DNA of 64,000 nt from an uncultured Gemmatimonadales bacterium (GTDB lineage Bacteria > Gemmatimonadota > Gemmatimonadetes > Gemmatimonadales > Gemmatimonadaceae). How positions within the stretch are numbered: position 1 is the first letter of the stretch; each line of letters opens with the position of its first letter. This document shows, one piece after another, positions 1-13,279 of the stretch. The notes under the pieces are model-generated. The model saw only the letters and a list, made by a program, of their open reading frames with translations. It did no database searches and was not told the DNA's origin. The position numbers were made by a program, and so were the translations under genes. The stretch spans positions 1,312,001 through 1,376,000 of the forward strand of contig CAWKNZ010000002.1 in assembly GCA_963851265.1 (NCBI GenBank). The letters are read 5' to 3'.

Positions 1-476
1 AGCCGCAGGTGTCGACGTTCGCCTCACGCAGCATCCGGTGGGGCGGGGCGTACCTCCTCGTCTGGCTCGTGTTCCACATCCTGCACTTCACGGCACGCGC
101 GATCTTCCCGAACTACAGCGAGACCGACGTCTACGGGAACGTGGTGAAGGGCTTCAGCCACCCCTGGGTGGTCGCCCTGTACGTCGTGGCGATGTTCTTC
201 CTCGCCCTGCACCTCTATCACGGCGCGTGGAGCTCGGTGCGCACGTTAGGCCTGAGCCGCCCGAAGCCGCGGCCGACCTCGCGCAACGTGGCCACCGTGG
301 TCGCGGCCGTCGTGGCGCTCGGCTTCATCGCGGTGCCGCTCGGCGTGCTGTTCGGGGTCGTGCGGCCGCGCGCCGACTCGATCACCGCGGGGGTGCCGGC
401 CGGCGAGGCCGGCGCGCCCAACTCGTCGGCGCACGCGCCGCACCCCGCCGACTCGGCCGGCGCAGCGGCGCGCTAG
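1..476 (+). CDS. sdhC: Succinate dehydrogenase/fumarate reductase cytochrome b subunit (5'-partial)
   Basis: Hydrophobic helices with heme-ligand-like His pairs (FHILHF, LHLYHG); directly upstream of sdhA; frame is open to the window edge. Confidence 0.9.
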   Translation, partial: PQVSTFASRSIRWGGAYLLVWLVFHILHFTARAIFPNYSETDVYGNVVKGFSHPWVVALYVVAMFFLALHLYHGAWSSVRTLGLSRPKPRPTSRNVATVVAAVVALGFIAVPLGVLFGVVRPRADSITAGVPAGEAGAPNSSAHAPHPADSAGAAAR

Positions 477-531
477 CAGCACCGCTGCGGTTAGTTCGGC
501 ATCACGCGCTAGGGACCACAGGCATCCGACG

Positions 532-2481
<1,950 letters not shown>

Positions 2482-2491
2482 GGCAGCACCC

Positions 2492-3265
2492 GTGAAGATC
2501 ACGCTCCACGTCTGGCGCCAGGCATCGCCCACCGCCGCCGGCAAGCTCGTCACCTACGAGGTGCCCGGCATCACGCCGGACATGTCGTTCCTCGAGATGT
2601 TCGACACGCTCAACGAGACGCTCGTCGAGCGCAACGAGGAGCCGGTCGCCTTCCAACACGATTGCCGCGAGGGGATCTGCGGCTCGTGCGGGATGATGGT
2701 GAACGGCGCCGCGCACGGCCCGCTCAAGGGCGTCGCCGTCTGTCAGCTGCACATGCGTTCGTTCAAGGACGGCGACGAGATCGTCGTCGAGCCGTGGCGC
2801 GCGCGCGCGTTCCCGATCGTCAAGGATCTCGTCGTCGACCGCGGGGCGTTCGACCGGATCATCCAGGCGGGCGGCTACATCTCGGCGAACACGGGCGGCG
2901 CCCGCGACGCGAACGAGATCCTGATCCCGAAGCCCGACGCGGACGCCGCGATGGACGCCGCCGCATGCATCGGATGCGGCGCGTGCGTGGCCGCGTGCCC
3001 CAACGCGTCGGCGTCGCTGTTCACGGGGGCCAAGGTGAGCCACCTGGGTCTGCTGCCGCAGGGCCAGCCGGAGCGGTTCCGCCGCGTCGTCGAGATGGTC
3101 GAACAGATGGACCTCGAGGGCTTCGGCCACTGCACGTGGTACGGCGAGTGTCAGGAGGCCTGCCCGAAGCTGATCTCGATCGACGTGATCAGCCGGATGG
3201 ACCGCGACTACATCCGCGCGTCGCTTTCGGCCAAGCAGGAGTCTGCCGCCGAGTACGCGGGCTGA
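2492..3265 (+). CDS. sdhB: Succinate dehydrogenase/fumarate reductase iron-sulfur subunit
   Basis: GTG start chosen 10 nt after the sdhA stop; [21 protein letters not shown] and [12 protein letters not shown] cluster motifs. Confidence 0.96.
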   Translation: MKITLHVWRQASPTAAGKLVTYEVPGITPDMSFLEMFDTLNETLVERNEEPVAFQHDCREGICGSCGMMVNGAAHGPLKGVAVCQLHMRSFKDGDEIVVEPWRARAFPIVKDLVVDRGAFDRIIQAGGYISANTGGARDANEILIPKPDADAAMDAAACIGCGACVAACPNASASLFTGAKVSHLGLLPQGQPERFRRVVEMVEQMDLEGFGHCTWYGECQEACPKLISIDVISRMDRDYIRASLSAKQESAAEYAG

Positions 3266-3287
3266 TCACGGCCTGAGTCGGCCGACC

Positions 3288-3330
3288 GGACGGGCCAGCG
3301 CCGACCACCTTCGGCGCTGGCCCGTTTGCT
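3288..3330 (+). terminator. Intrinsic terminator of the sdh operon
   Basis: Perfect 15-bp stem ACGGGCCAGCGCCGA / TCGGCGCTGGCCCGT (3290-3304 / 3311-3325), 6-nt loop, short T-rich tail. Confidence 0.75.
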
Positions 3331-3375
3331 GCCTCCACGGCCGGTGGACGCGTCACATTAGCGGAGCAGACCAGA

Positions 3376-3879
3376 ATGGCCGACGACATTACCCCGGGCG
3401 AAGCGAGCCTTCTGCGCGGCGGGCCGCAACTGAACATCCAGGAAGCCCGCGCCGTCGCAAACGACGCCGGCACGGTCCGGGGCGAGGCGCCCCACGACAC
3501 CGCCGACCGCGAGGTGTTGGAGACCGGTCCGCGCGCGAACGTCGCGACGTCGAATCTCGCCGGCACCGCGGGCGCGAGCGCCGGGAGCAGTCAGCAGTCG
3601 ACCGAGCGGCCCCCCGACGATCGCCCGTACACCGACTCCGAGACGGCGCTCGGCGGCGCCGACGCGGTGCAGAAGACGACGTGGGGCGTCGGGCACGGTA
3701 CCGAACCGGACGGGCGGCAGGAGTACGCGCCGGTGGGCCAGGGCGACCTCAAGAAGGGCGACAAGGGGCCGGTCGTCGCTCGCGTGGGCTCCGGCGGCGG
3801 CCTGAGTCCGGTCGCGCTCGTCATCATCGTGCTCGCCGTCTTGGCCGGCTTGGTGTACGCGTTCGGGATCTTCCGTTAG
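3376..3879 (+). CDS. Hypothetical protein: acidic low-complexity N-terminus, single C-terminal TM helix
   Basis: GGAG Shine-Dalgarno (SD) before ATG; fills the gap between the terminator and dcd; C-terminal ALVIIVLAVLAGLVYAFGIF. Confidence 0.7.
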   Translation: MADDITPGEASLLRGGPQLNIQEARAVANDAGTVRGEAPHDTADREVLETGPRANVATSNLAGTAGASAGSSQQSTERPPDDRPYTDSETALGGADAVQKTTWGVGHGTEPDGRQEYAPVGQGDLKKGDKGPVVARVGSGGGLSPVALVIIVLAVLAGLVYAFGIFR

Positions 3880-3881
3880 CG

Positions 3882-4436
3882 CTACAGCTTGGGGAGCGTC
3901 ACGCCGACCTGCCCCTGGTACTTCCCGGCCTTGTCACGGTACGAGACCTCGGGCGGTTCCTCGCCCTTGAAGAACAGCACCTGCGCGATCCCCTCGTTGG
4001 CGTAGATCTTCGCCGGGAGCGGTGTCGTGTTTGAGATTTCGAGCGTGACGAACCCTTCCCACTCGGGCTCGAACGGCGTCACGTTGGTGATGATCCCGCA
4101 CCTGGCGTAGGTGCTCTTGCCGACGCAGATCGTGACGACGTCGCGCGGGATGCGGAAGTACTCGATCGAGCGCGCGAGTGCGAACGAGTTGGGCGGCACG
4201 ATGCAGACGTCGCCTTCGAACTCCACGAACGATTTCGGGTCGAACGCCTTCGGGTCGACGATGGAGTTCAGCACGTTCGTGAAGATGCGGAACTCGCGCG
4301 CGACGCGCATGTCGTACCCGTACGAGCTCACGCCGTACGAGATGACCCCCGATCGCACCTGACGGTCCTCGAACGGCTCGATCATGCCGTGCTCGCGGGC
4401 CATGCGGGTGATCCAGCGGTCGGACTGAATGGTCAT
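3882..4436 (-). CDS. dcd: dCTP deaminase
   Basis: [44 protein letters not shown]; start trimmed to MTIQSDRW. Confidence 0.95.
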   Translation of the reverse strand: MTIQSDRWITRMAREHGMIEPFEDRQVRSGVISYGVSSYGYDMRVAREFRIFTNVLNSIVDPKAFDPKSFVEFEGDVCIVPPNSFALARSIEYFRIPRDVVTICVGKSTYARCGIITNVTPFEPEWEGFVTLEISNTTPLPAKIYANEGIAQVLFFKGEEPPEVSYRDKAGKYQGQVGVTLPKL

Positions 4437-4602
4437 GTGCGGCGGTGCAGGGGGCGGGGTAGGCGGCCACGGCTGGTTCGTGTCGGCGCGACGCGGCAAC
4501 GGCGTGGCGCGGGAACATAGGCGCGCCGCGTGCATGCAACCACCGCCGCATGCGCCCTCGTGCGATGCGCTCGTTCGGGTAGCAGGGGGGGCACGTTTCG
4601 AC

Positions 4603-4635
4603 TACCTTACGACGTGTTTGTGAATCTTTTCACGA
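4603..4635 (+). promoter_or_regulatory. nuo operon -10 element (TACCTT, 4603-4608) followed by a Rex-type operator TTGTGAA-TCTT-TTCACGA (4618-4635)
   Basis: One mismatch to the Rex consensus TTGTGAAnnnnTTCACAA; AT-rich island 31 nt upstream of nuoA; also fits CRP/FNR-family TGTGA-N6-TCACA. Confidence 0.7.
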
Positions 4636-4666
4636 GCCCAGCATCGCCTTCGGAACAGCCTCAGCC

Positions 4667-5071
4667 GTGACGCGCGCGTACCTGCCCATTCTGCTGCTGA
4701 TCGGCGTCGTGACCGCCATGGCCGCGACGTTCATCCTGCTCAGCGCGATCACCGTCAAACCGCAGCGCAACGCGGTCAAGCAGCAGGCGTACGAGTCGGG
4801 GATCGCCCCACTCGGCGACGCGCGCGAACGGTTCAGCGTCAAGTTCTACCTCGTGGCGATGCTGTTCATCGTCTTCGACATCGAGACGGTCTTCCTCGTC
4901 CCGTGGGGCGCGTTTTACCGGCAGCTGTCGTGTTCGGTGCCGCTGGTGGCCGCGGGCTGCCCGGCGGGGCAGGCGTCGTTCTTCGGCCTCGGCGAGATGC
5001 TCGTTTTCATGGCGATCCTCGTCGTCGGCCTCGTTTACGTTTGGCGGAAGGGAGCGCTCCAGTGGGACTGA
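4667..5071 (+). CDS. nuoA: NADH-quinone oxidoreductase subunit A
   Basis: [29 protein letters not shown]. Confidence 0.95.
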   Translation: MTRAYLPILLLIGVVTAMAATFILLSAITVKPQRNAVKQQAYESGIAPLGDARERFSVKFYLVAMLFIVFDIETVFLVPWGAFYRQLSCSVPLVAAGCPAGQASFFGLGEMLVFMAILVVGLVYVWRKGALQWD

Positions 5072-5694
5072 TCACCAAGCCGGAAGCCGGCGTGAGGACG
5101 CGCGGCGTGGCGGATGCGTCGCCCGATTCGTGGGTCACGACGCGGCTGGATTTCCTCGTGAACTGGGCGCGGTCGAACTCGCTGTGGCCGATGCCGTTCG
5201 GCACCGCGTGCTGCGCGATCGAGTTCATGGCGACGGCCGCGAGCCGCTTCGACCTCGCGCGATTCGGTATGGAGCGGCTGAGCTATTCGCCGCGCCAGGC
5301 GGACGTCCTGCTCTGCGCGGGGCGCGTCCCGTACAAGCTCGCGCCGGTGATCCGCCGCATCTACCAGCAGATGCCCAACCCGAAATGGGTGATCTCGATG
5401 GGCGCGTGCGCCTCGACCGGCGGCATGTTCGACAACTACGCCGTCGTGCAGGGGATCGACACGATCATCCCGGTCGACGTCTACGTTCCGGGGTGCCCGC
5501 CGCGGCCCGAGTCGCTGATGTACGGCATCATGCTCCTGCAGGACAAGGTGAAGAACGAGCGTTTGCGCGACGGCGCGCGCCACGTCGAGATCGACCCCGA
5601 CCCGTCGAGCCAGCTCTACATCCCGCCCTCGGCGATCGACGAGATCGCGCAGAACTTCGGGAACTCGGTGCACCAGACGCGCTCCAGCGTCTGA
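5062..5694 (+). CDS. nuoB: NADH-quinone oxidoreductase subunit B
   Basis: [35 protein letters not shown] start overlapping the end of nuoA. Confidence 0.96.
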   Translation: MGLITKPEAGVRTRGVADASPDSWVTTRLDFLVNWARSNSLWPMPFGTACCAIEFMATAASRFDLARFGMERLSYSPRQADVLLCAGRVPYKLAPVIRRIYQQMPNPKWVISMGACASTGGMFDNYAVVQGIDTIIPVDVYVPGCPPRPESLMYGIMLLQDKVKNERLRDGARHVEIDPDPSSQLYIPPSAIDEIAQNFGNSVHQTRSSV

Positions 5695-5732
5695 GCGCGC
5701 CGGATCCCGACTCGCATCGCGACGCGTTAGAC

Positions 5733-6455
5733 ATGGCCGTCACCTTCCGCCCGTACACCGTCGGCTCGGCGCTCCCGAACGGCAGCCCGGGGCCGACCAC
5801 GCCGGTCGCCGTGCCGCACCGGGGCGGCGAGCCGAACCCGACTGCGGCCGCGCTCCGGGCCCGGTTCGGCGACGTCGTGCGCCGCGTCGACGTCGTTTGG
5901 GGAGAGACCACCGTCCAGATCGACGGCGCGCGCGTGCTCGACGTCGTGCGCTGGCTGCACGACGACGACGCGCAGCGCTACGACATGCTGATCGACCTGA
6001 CCGCGGTCGAGTACCGCGACGCCGAGCAGCCGCTCGAGGTCGTGTGGCACCTCCGGTCCCTGCCGTTCCGCCGCTTCATCCGACTGAAGGCGGAGCTGGA
6101 GAAGGGCGCCCCGCTCTCGGTGTCGAGCGTGTGGCCCGTGTTCAAGAGCGCGGACTGGCTCGAGCGGGAGTGCTACGACCTGTTCGGGATCCGCTTCGAC
6201 GGGCACCCGGACCTGCGGCGCATCCTCACGTGGGACTCGTACCGCGAGGGGCATCCGCTGCGGAAGGACTTCCCGCTGCGCGGCCGGTTCAGCCGCTCCG
6301 AGCAGTTGCGGCAGGCGCTCACGACCGAGCCGGAAGCGAACTACTCGATGGAAGAGTTGACCGTGGCCGAGGCGTACGCGCAGCTGCCCGCCGACATGCG
6401 GCAGCGGCTCGGCGCCGGCAAGAAGGGCGGCCCGGCCGAATCGACGGAGATGTGA
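5733..6455 (+). CDS. nuoC: NADH-quinone oxidoreductase subunit C
   Basis: ADWLERECYDLFGIRFDGHPDLRRIL, GHPLRKDFPL. Confidence 0.95.
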   Translation: MAVTFRPYTVGSALPNGSPGPTTPVAVPHRGGEPNPTAAALRARFGDVVRRVDVVWGETTVQIDGARVLDVVRWLHDDDAQRYDMLIDLTAVEYRDAEQPLEVVWHLRSLPFRRFIRLKAELEKGAPLSVSSVWPVFKSADWLERECYDLFGIRFDGHPDLRRILTWDSYREGHPLRKDFPLRGRFSRSEQLRQALTTEPEANYSMEELTVAEAYAQLPADMRQRLGAGKKGGPAESTEM

Positions 6456-6464
6456 CGGACTGAG

Positions 6465-7793
6465 ATGGCGACCACCACGCGTACACTCGAAGTCGCGCTC
6501 GCGACCAACGGCGTCGGGCCGGACGGCCGCCCGCAGCGCATCCCGCTCGCCGTCGACGGGCACGCGCGCGCGGTCTCGCTCCCCGACGCGCTCGCCGACG
6601 GCTCGGCCGCCGCGCCCGAGCTCGAGGGCGAGCATATGCTCATCAACATCGGTCCGCAGCACCCGGCCACGCACGGAGTGCTCCGGCTCGTGCTCGAACT
6701 CGATGGCGAGACGGTGGTCCGCTGCGTGCCGCACATCGGCTACCTGCACTGCGGCTTCGAGAAGATCGGCGAGTACCGCCAGTACAACCAGATCATCCCC
6801 TGGACGGATCGCGAGGATTACCTCAATTCGCCGGGGAACAACGTCGCGTTCGCGCTGGGCGCGGAGCGGCTGTTCGGGATCGAGATCACGCCGCGCTGCA
6901 CCGTGCTGCGCGTGATCGCGATGGAGCTGTCGCGCATCATGTCACACCTCGTCTGGCTCGGGACGACGGCGGTCGACATCGGCGCGTTCACGCCCTTCCT
7001 CTGGACGTTCCAGGAGCGTGAGGCCATCTACGACCTGCTCGAGCAGTGGTGCGGCGCGCGGCTCACCACGTCGCTCACGCGCGTCGGCGGCATGGCGGCG
7101 GACCTGCCCGACAACGGGTGGCTCGACGGCCTGCGGCAGCTCACGGAGCGGCTGCCGAAGACGCTCGACGAGACCGACCGCATGCTCACGCGGAACGCGA
7201 TCTGGGTCGGGCGGACGATCGGCCTCGGCGTGATGAACCAGGAGGAAGCGCTGAACTACGGGCTCACGGGGCCGCTCCTTCGCGCCTCGGGCGTCGCGTA
7301 CGACGTGCGCAAGGACTTCCCGTACCTCGGCTACGAGACGTACGACTTCGACGTTCCGGTCGGGACCAACGGCGACGTGTACGACCGGTATCTCGTGCGC
7401 ATGGAGGAGATGCGTCAGAGCGTGCACATCCTCACGCAGGCGCTCGAGCGGTTGCCCGAGGGACCGGTGAACGTCGACGATCCGCGTGTCATCCTGCCGC
7501 CCAAGCACAAGGCGCAGAGCGAGATGGAGAGCATGATCCATCACTTCAAGCTCGTGATGGAGGGGCCGCGCCCGCCGGTCGGCGAATGCTACGTCGCCGT
7601 CGAGAGTCCGAAGGGCGAGAAGGGCTACTACATGGTGTCGGACGGCACGTCCAAGCCGGTGCGCTGGCGCATCCGCCCGCCGTCGTTCGTCAACCTGTCG
7701 GCGATCCCGAAGATGGTCGAGGGGCACCTCCTGTCGGATGTGATCGTCGTGAACGCCAGCATCGACATCGTCATGGGAGAGATCGACCGGTGA
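6465..7793 (+). CDS. nuoD: NADH-quinone oxidoreductase subunit D
   Basis: NIGPQHPATHGVLRL, GYLHCGFEK, ESPKGE, DIVMGEIDR. Confidence 0.97.
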   Translation: MATTTRTLEVALATNGVGPDGRPQRIPLAVDGHARAVSLPDALADGSAAAPELEGEHMLINIGPQHPATHGVLRLVLELDGETVVRCVPHIGYLHCGFEKIGEYRQYNQIIPWTDREDYLNSPGNNVAFALGAERLFGIEITPRCTVLRVIAMELSRIMSHLVWLGTTAVDIGAFTPFLWTFQEREAIYDLLEQWCGARLTTSLTRVGGMAADLPDNGWLDGLRQLTERLPKTLDETDRMLTRNAIWVGRTIGLGVMNQEEALNYGLTGPLLRASGVAYDVRKDFPYLGYETYDFDVPVGTNGDVYDRYLVRMEEMRQSVHILTQALERLPEGPVNVDDPRVILPPKHKAQSEMESMIHHFKLVMEGPRPPVGECYVAVESPKGEKGYYMVSDGTSKPVRWRIRPPSFVNLSAIPKMVEGHLLSDVIVVNASIDIVMGEIDR

Positions 7794-8353
7794 GCCACGG
7801 CCCGATGACGCCGATGGCGGCCCCGAGCGAGGCGCTGCTGCGGCACGGCAACGAGCACGGGCACGCGCCGTACGCGCCGGTGTTCACGCCTGGCACCGCC
7901 GAGCGCGCCGAGCTCGACACGCTCCTCACGCGCTACCCGACCAAAATGGCGGCGCTGCTCCCGGCGCTCTGGATGGTGCAGCGCGCGCGCGGCTGGGTGA
8001 GCGACGAGGCGATGGCCGAGGTGTCCGCGGTGCTCGACCTCACGCCCGCGTACGTGAAGGGCGTCGTGACGTTCTACACGATGTACCATCAACACCCGGT
8101 CGGGGCGCACTTCATCCAGGTGTGCACGACGACGCCGTGCAACGTGTGCGGCGCAGAGGACGTAGTCGACGCGTTCCTGACGCACACGGGGTGTGGCGAA
8201 CTCGGCGTCACGTCGCCCGACGGCCGCTACACGGTGATCGAGGTCGAGTGCCTCGGCGCGTGCGGCTTTCCGACGCCGGTGCAGATCAACGACACGTACG
8301 TCGAGTCGGTGACGCCCGAGCGCGTCCCCGAGGTCCTCGCGGCCCTCCGCTAG
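7790..8353 (+). CDS. nuoE: NADH-quinone oxidoreductase subunit E
   Basis: VVTFYTMY, CTTTPC...CLGAC 2Fe-2S motif; GTGA overlap with nuoD (ATG at 7805 is an alternative start). Confidence 0.94.
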   Translation: MSHGPMTPMAAPSEALLRHGNEHGHAPYAPVFTPGTAERAELDTLLTRYPTKMAALLPALWMVQRARGWVSDEAMAEVSAVLDLTPAYVKGVVTFYTMYHQHPVGAHFIQVCTTTPCNVCGAEDVVDAFLTHTGCGELGVTSPDGRYTVIEVECLGACGFPTPVQINDTYVESVTPERVPEVLAALR

Positions 8354-8374
8354 CTTCCGTTAGGCACACGCACC

Positions 8375-9757
<1,383 letters not shown>

Positions 9758-9772
9758 CGGAGACGATGCGCG

Positions 9773-11398
9773 ATGTCTGATGCGAAGCCGGTGAAGTTGG
9801 TCACCCTGACGATCGAAGGGCGCCCGGTCACGGTGCCCGACGGCACGAGCATCCTGGAGGCCGGAAAGGCCGCCGGGGTGCTGATTCCGCACTACTGCTA
9901 CCACCCGGGGCTGCCGGTAGCGGGCGTGTGCCGGATGTGCCTCGTCGAGGTCGAGAAGTTCCCGAAGCTCGCGCCCGCGTGCGCGACCGCCGTCGGCGAG
10001 GGGCAGGTGGTCCACGTGCACTCGGAAAAGGCGCGTGAAGCGCGCAAGAGTGTGCTCGAGTTCCTGCTCATCAATCATCCGCTCGACTGCCCGATCTGCG
10101 ATCAGGCGGGACAGTGCGAGCTGCAGGACTACACGTTCCAGGAAGGGCGCGCCGAATCGCGCTACCTGGAGCCGAAGCGGTTCAACCCGGCCGAGGACTT
10201 CGGCGGGGACGTGCTGTACGTGACCAACCGCTGCATCCTGTGCACGCGCTGCGTCCGCTTCATGGACAGGGTGGCCGAGCAGCCGGTGCTCAACGTCAGC
10301 GAGCGCGGTGACCGCGCGGTGATCGGCATACACCCCGAGCACGACCTCGGGGATCACGCGTGGGCTGGGAACGTGATCGAGCTGTGCCCGGTCGGCGCGC
10401 TGATCTCGAAGGACTTCCACAACAAGGCGCGCGCGTGGGAGCTGGACCGCACCGCGTCGGTGTGCCCCAACTGCTCGCAGGGGTGCAACATGGTCGTCGA
10501 GACGCGGGACGACGTGGTTGTGCAGCTACGCCCGCGCGGCAATCCCGACGTCAACCAGTTCTACATGTGCGACCCGGGCCGCCTCAACTACCGGTGGCTC
10601 AACCGCCGCGATCGCGCGGAAGTGCCCTACGTGCGCGCGGGTGGGTCGGCGCCGGGACCGCGCGGGCGCGACCTCGAGCCGGCCGATTGGGACGACGCGG
10701 TCCGCACCGCGGGATCGCTGCTCGGCGGCGGGCGGGCGTACGTGCTCGCATCCCCGATGCTGTCCAACGAGGCGCTCTCGCTGCTCGCCCGGATCGTCGA
10801 GCGGACGGGCGGCGTCGGGGTCTACACGGTGCGCACCGGCGAGGAAGCTCCGCTCCCGGGCGTGCCCGATCTCGCGCTCCGCGCCGACCGCGCCGCCAAC
10901 GTGCGCGGCGCCGAACTGCTCGGCTTCCGCCGCGTCGCGGCGCGCGACGCGCTGTCGGGGCTGCGCGCGGGCGACGTGCTCGTCATCGCCGACGAGGAGC
11001 TCGCGGGCGAGCGCGTGACCGCCCCCAACGGACTGCGCACGATCGTGATCGGGACGACGGTGCCCGCCTGGGCCGCCTCGGCGGACGTCGTGCTGCCGAT
11101 CGGCAACATGAGTGAGGAGGACGGAACGTTCACGAACGTGCGGGGCCGCGTGCAGCGGTTCCAACAGGCGAAGTCCGCGCCGGCCCTCGCGCGGCCGAGT
11201 TGGGCCGTGCTCGGCGACGTGCTCGCGGCGATGGGCGACGGCGCGGGGTACTGGGCTCCCGCCGACGTGTTCGCCGCGCTCGCGGGCTCTCACGCCGCGT
11301 TCGCCGGGCTCTCCTACGATGCGTTAGGCATGCGCGGGCTGCCGATCGTCGACCAGGCCTCCGCGGAGCCGGCCGCGATGGCGGAGGCCGCGCCGTGA
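9773..11398 (+). CDS. nuoG: NADH-quinone oxidoreductase subunit G (short, 541 aa)
   Basis: CYHPGL...CRMC, HPLDCPICDQAGQC, RCILCTRC...CPVGAL, CPNCSQGC...C. Confidence 0.94.
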   Translation: MSDAKPVKLVTLTIEGRPVTVPDGTSILEAGKAAGVLIPHYCYHPGLPVAGVCRMCLVEVEKFPKLAPACATAVGEGQVVHVHSEKAREARKSVLEFLLINHPLDCPICDQAGQCELQDYTFQEGRAESRYLEPKRFNPAEDFGGDVLYVTNRCILCTRCVRFMDRVAEQPVLNVSERGDRAVIGIHPEHDLGDHAWAGNVIELCPVGALISKDFHNKARAWELDRTASVCPNCSQGCNMVVETRDDVVVQLRPRGNPDVNQFYMCDPGRLNYRWLNRRDRAEVPYVRAGGSAPGPRGRDLEPADWDDAVRTAGSLLGGGRAYVLASPMLSNEALSLLARIVERTGGVGVYTVRTGEEAPLPGVPDLALRADRAANVRGAELLGFRRVAARDALSGLRAGDVLVIADEELAGERVTAPNGLRTIVIGTTVPAWAASADVVLPIGNMSEEDGTFTNVRGRVQRFQQAKSAPALARPSWAVLGDVLAAMGDGAGYWAPADVFAALAGSHAAFAGLSYDALGMRGLPIVDQASAEPAAMAEAAP

Positions 11399-12744
11399 CC
11401 GTGCCGTTCCTGCCGTTGTTCCAGACCGCGACGGTGACGCTCGCCGAGCCGGCGAGTCCGGTCGCGTTCGTGGTGTACGCGCTCGTCAAGATCCTCGCGG
11501 TCGTGGTCGGCGCGCTCACGCTCGTCGCGCTGCTCACGCTGGCCGAACGGCGCATCGCGGCATGGATCCAGGACCGGCACGGTCCCAACCGCGTCGGGCC
11601 GGGCGGGCTGCTGCAGCCGATGGCCGACGGCCTCAAGAACTTCATGAAGGAGGCGGCCGAGCCTGCGGCCGCGAACCGCGCGCTGTTCCTCATCGCGCCG
11701 GCGCTTTCGTTCATACCCGCGCTCCTGACGCTCGCCGTGATCCCGCTGGCGTCGCCGCTGCCGGTGACGCTTGCGTTCCTCCCCGCCGGTTGGCAGGGCC
11801 TCGTCCCGATGCAGGTCGCCGACCTGCCGATCGGGTACCTGTACATCCTCGCGATCACGTCGTTGGGCGTGTACGGCCTCACGCTCGCGGGCTGGAGCTC
11901 GAACAACAAGTACGCGCTTCTGGGCGGACTCCGGTCGAGCGCACAGCTCGTCAGCTACGAGCTCGCGATGGGCCTCTCGACCATCCCGGTTCTCCTGCTC
12001 GCGGGCAACGTCACGTTCAACCAGATCATCGCGCAGCAGGCGCGCGGCGGATTCTCGTGGAACATCGTGCTGCTCTCGGTCGCGTTCTTCACGTTCCTCG
12101 TTAGCGCGTTCGCGGAGACCAACCGCTTGCCGTTCGACCTCCCCGAGGCGGAGTCGGAGCTCGTGGCCGGGTACCACACCGAGTACAGCGGGATGAAGTT
12201 CGCGATGTTCTTCCTCGCCGAGTACTCGAACATGATCACGGCGAGCGCGTTCGTCACGACCATGTTCCTCGGCGGGTGGGACATCCCGTTCACGACGTGG
12301 GACAACGTTCCCCCGTGGACGCTGCTGAAGACCGTGGTGACGTTCGCGTTCTTCGCGGCGAAGGTCCTGTTCTTCCTGTTCCTCTACATCTGGATCCGCT
12401 GGACGCTGCCGCGCTTCCGCTATGATCAGCTCATGGCGCTCGGCTGGAAGTTCATGCTGCCGGTCGCGCTCGGGTACGTCGTGGTCGTCGCCGCGGCGGT
12501 GCTCGCGCTCGACGTGGTCGGGATCCGGCAGGGGACGCTCCCGTTCACCGCGTCGCTGTTCGTGATGAACCTGCTGCTCGTTGCGGTGCTGTTCGTCGTC
12601 GTCGATCGCGGCCGGCTGATCTCCCCGGCGAGTGCCCGCACGCGCACCCGCGAGATCGAGCGCCTGCGCGGCCTCGCCCGCGCCCGCGTGGCCGCCATGC
12701 GCGACCCCGCGTTCCGCGACCCTTCGTCCGTACCGACCGTCTAA
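11395..12744 (+). CDS. nuoH: NADH-quinone oxidoreductase subunit H
   Basis: ERRIAAWIQDRHGPNRVG, QPMADGLK, AETNRLPFDLPEAESELVAGYHTEYSG, LPRFRYDQLM; GTGA overlap. Confidence 0.96.
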   Translation: MTVPFLPLFQTATVTLAEPASPVAFVVYALVKILAVVVGALTLVALLTLAERRIAAWIQDRHGPNRVGPGGLLQPMADGLKNFMKEAAEPAAANRALFLIAPALSFIPALLTLAVIPLASPLPVTLAFLPAGWQGLVPMQVADLPIGYLYILAITSLGVYGLTLAGWSSNNKYALLGGLRSSAQLVSYELAMGLSTIPVLLLAGNVTFNQIIAQQARGGFSWNIVLLSVAFFTFLVSAFAETNRLPFDLPEAESELVAGYHTEYSGMKFAMFFLAEYSNMITASAFVTTMFLGGWDIPFTTWDNVPPWTLLKTVVTFAFFAAKVLFFLFLYIWIRWTLPRFRYDQLMALGWKFMLPVALGYVVVVAAAVLALDVVGIRQGTLPFTASLFVMNLLLVAVLFVVVDRGRLISPASARTRTREIERLRGLARARVAAMRDPAFRDPSSVPTV

Positions 12745-12759
12745 CGACGGTCATCCGAC

Positions 12760-13257
12760 ATGGCAATCTCCGTCAAGGTTCTCGACCGCCCGGTCGAACA
12801 GGTGAGCTACGTGCGCGCGACGCTCACGGGCATGGCGAACACCATGCGCCACCTGCTCAACCCGCATAAGGTCACGACGCAGTATCCGGAACAGAAGGAA
12901 ACGCTCTCCCGCCGGTGGCGCGGCACGCACCGCATGCTGACCACCGAGACCGGGAAGGCCAAGTGCGTGGCGTGCGGCCTATGTCCGACGGTCTGCCCGG
13001 CCAACTGCATTAAGCTCGTCCCGGGTGAAGACGAGGACGGCAACCGTTACCCGCTCGTCTTCGAGATCGACGAGTTCCGCTGCATCTTCTGCGGGTACTG
13101 CCAGGAGGTGTGCCCGGAAGAAGCGATCCACGTCGGCCGGCATTACGAGAACTCGGAGTACAGCCGCGAAGGCTTCGTCTACGATCTGGAGCGCCTCATC
13201 GCGCAGACGCATCCGGTGAGCGAGCTCTGGGATCCCGCCGATCCGCGCGGCGAGTGA
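12760..13257 (+). CDS. nuoI: NADH-quinone oxidoreductase subunit I
   Basis: Two 4Fe-4S motifs: CVACGLCPTVCP and CIFCGYCQEVCP. Confidence 0.96.
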   Translation: MAISVKVLDRPVEQVSYVRATLTGMANTMRHLLNPHKVTTQYPEQKETLSRRWRGTHRMLTTETGKAKCVACGLCPTVCPANCIKLVPGEDEDGNRYPLVFEIDEFRCIFCGYCQEVCPEEAIHVGRHYENSEYSREGFVYDLERLIAQTHPVSELWDPADPRGE

Positions 13258-13279
13258 CGACCGTTCAACTGCGCCCGCG

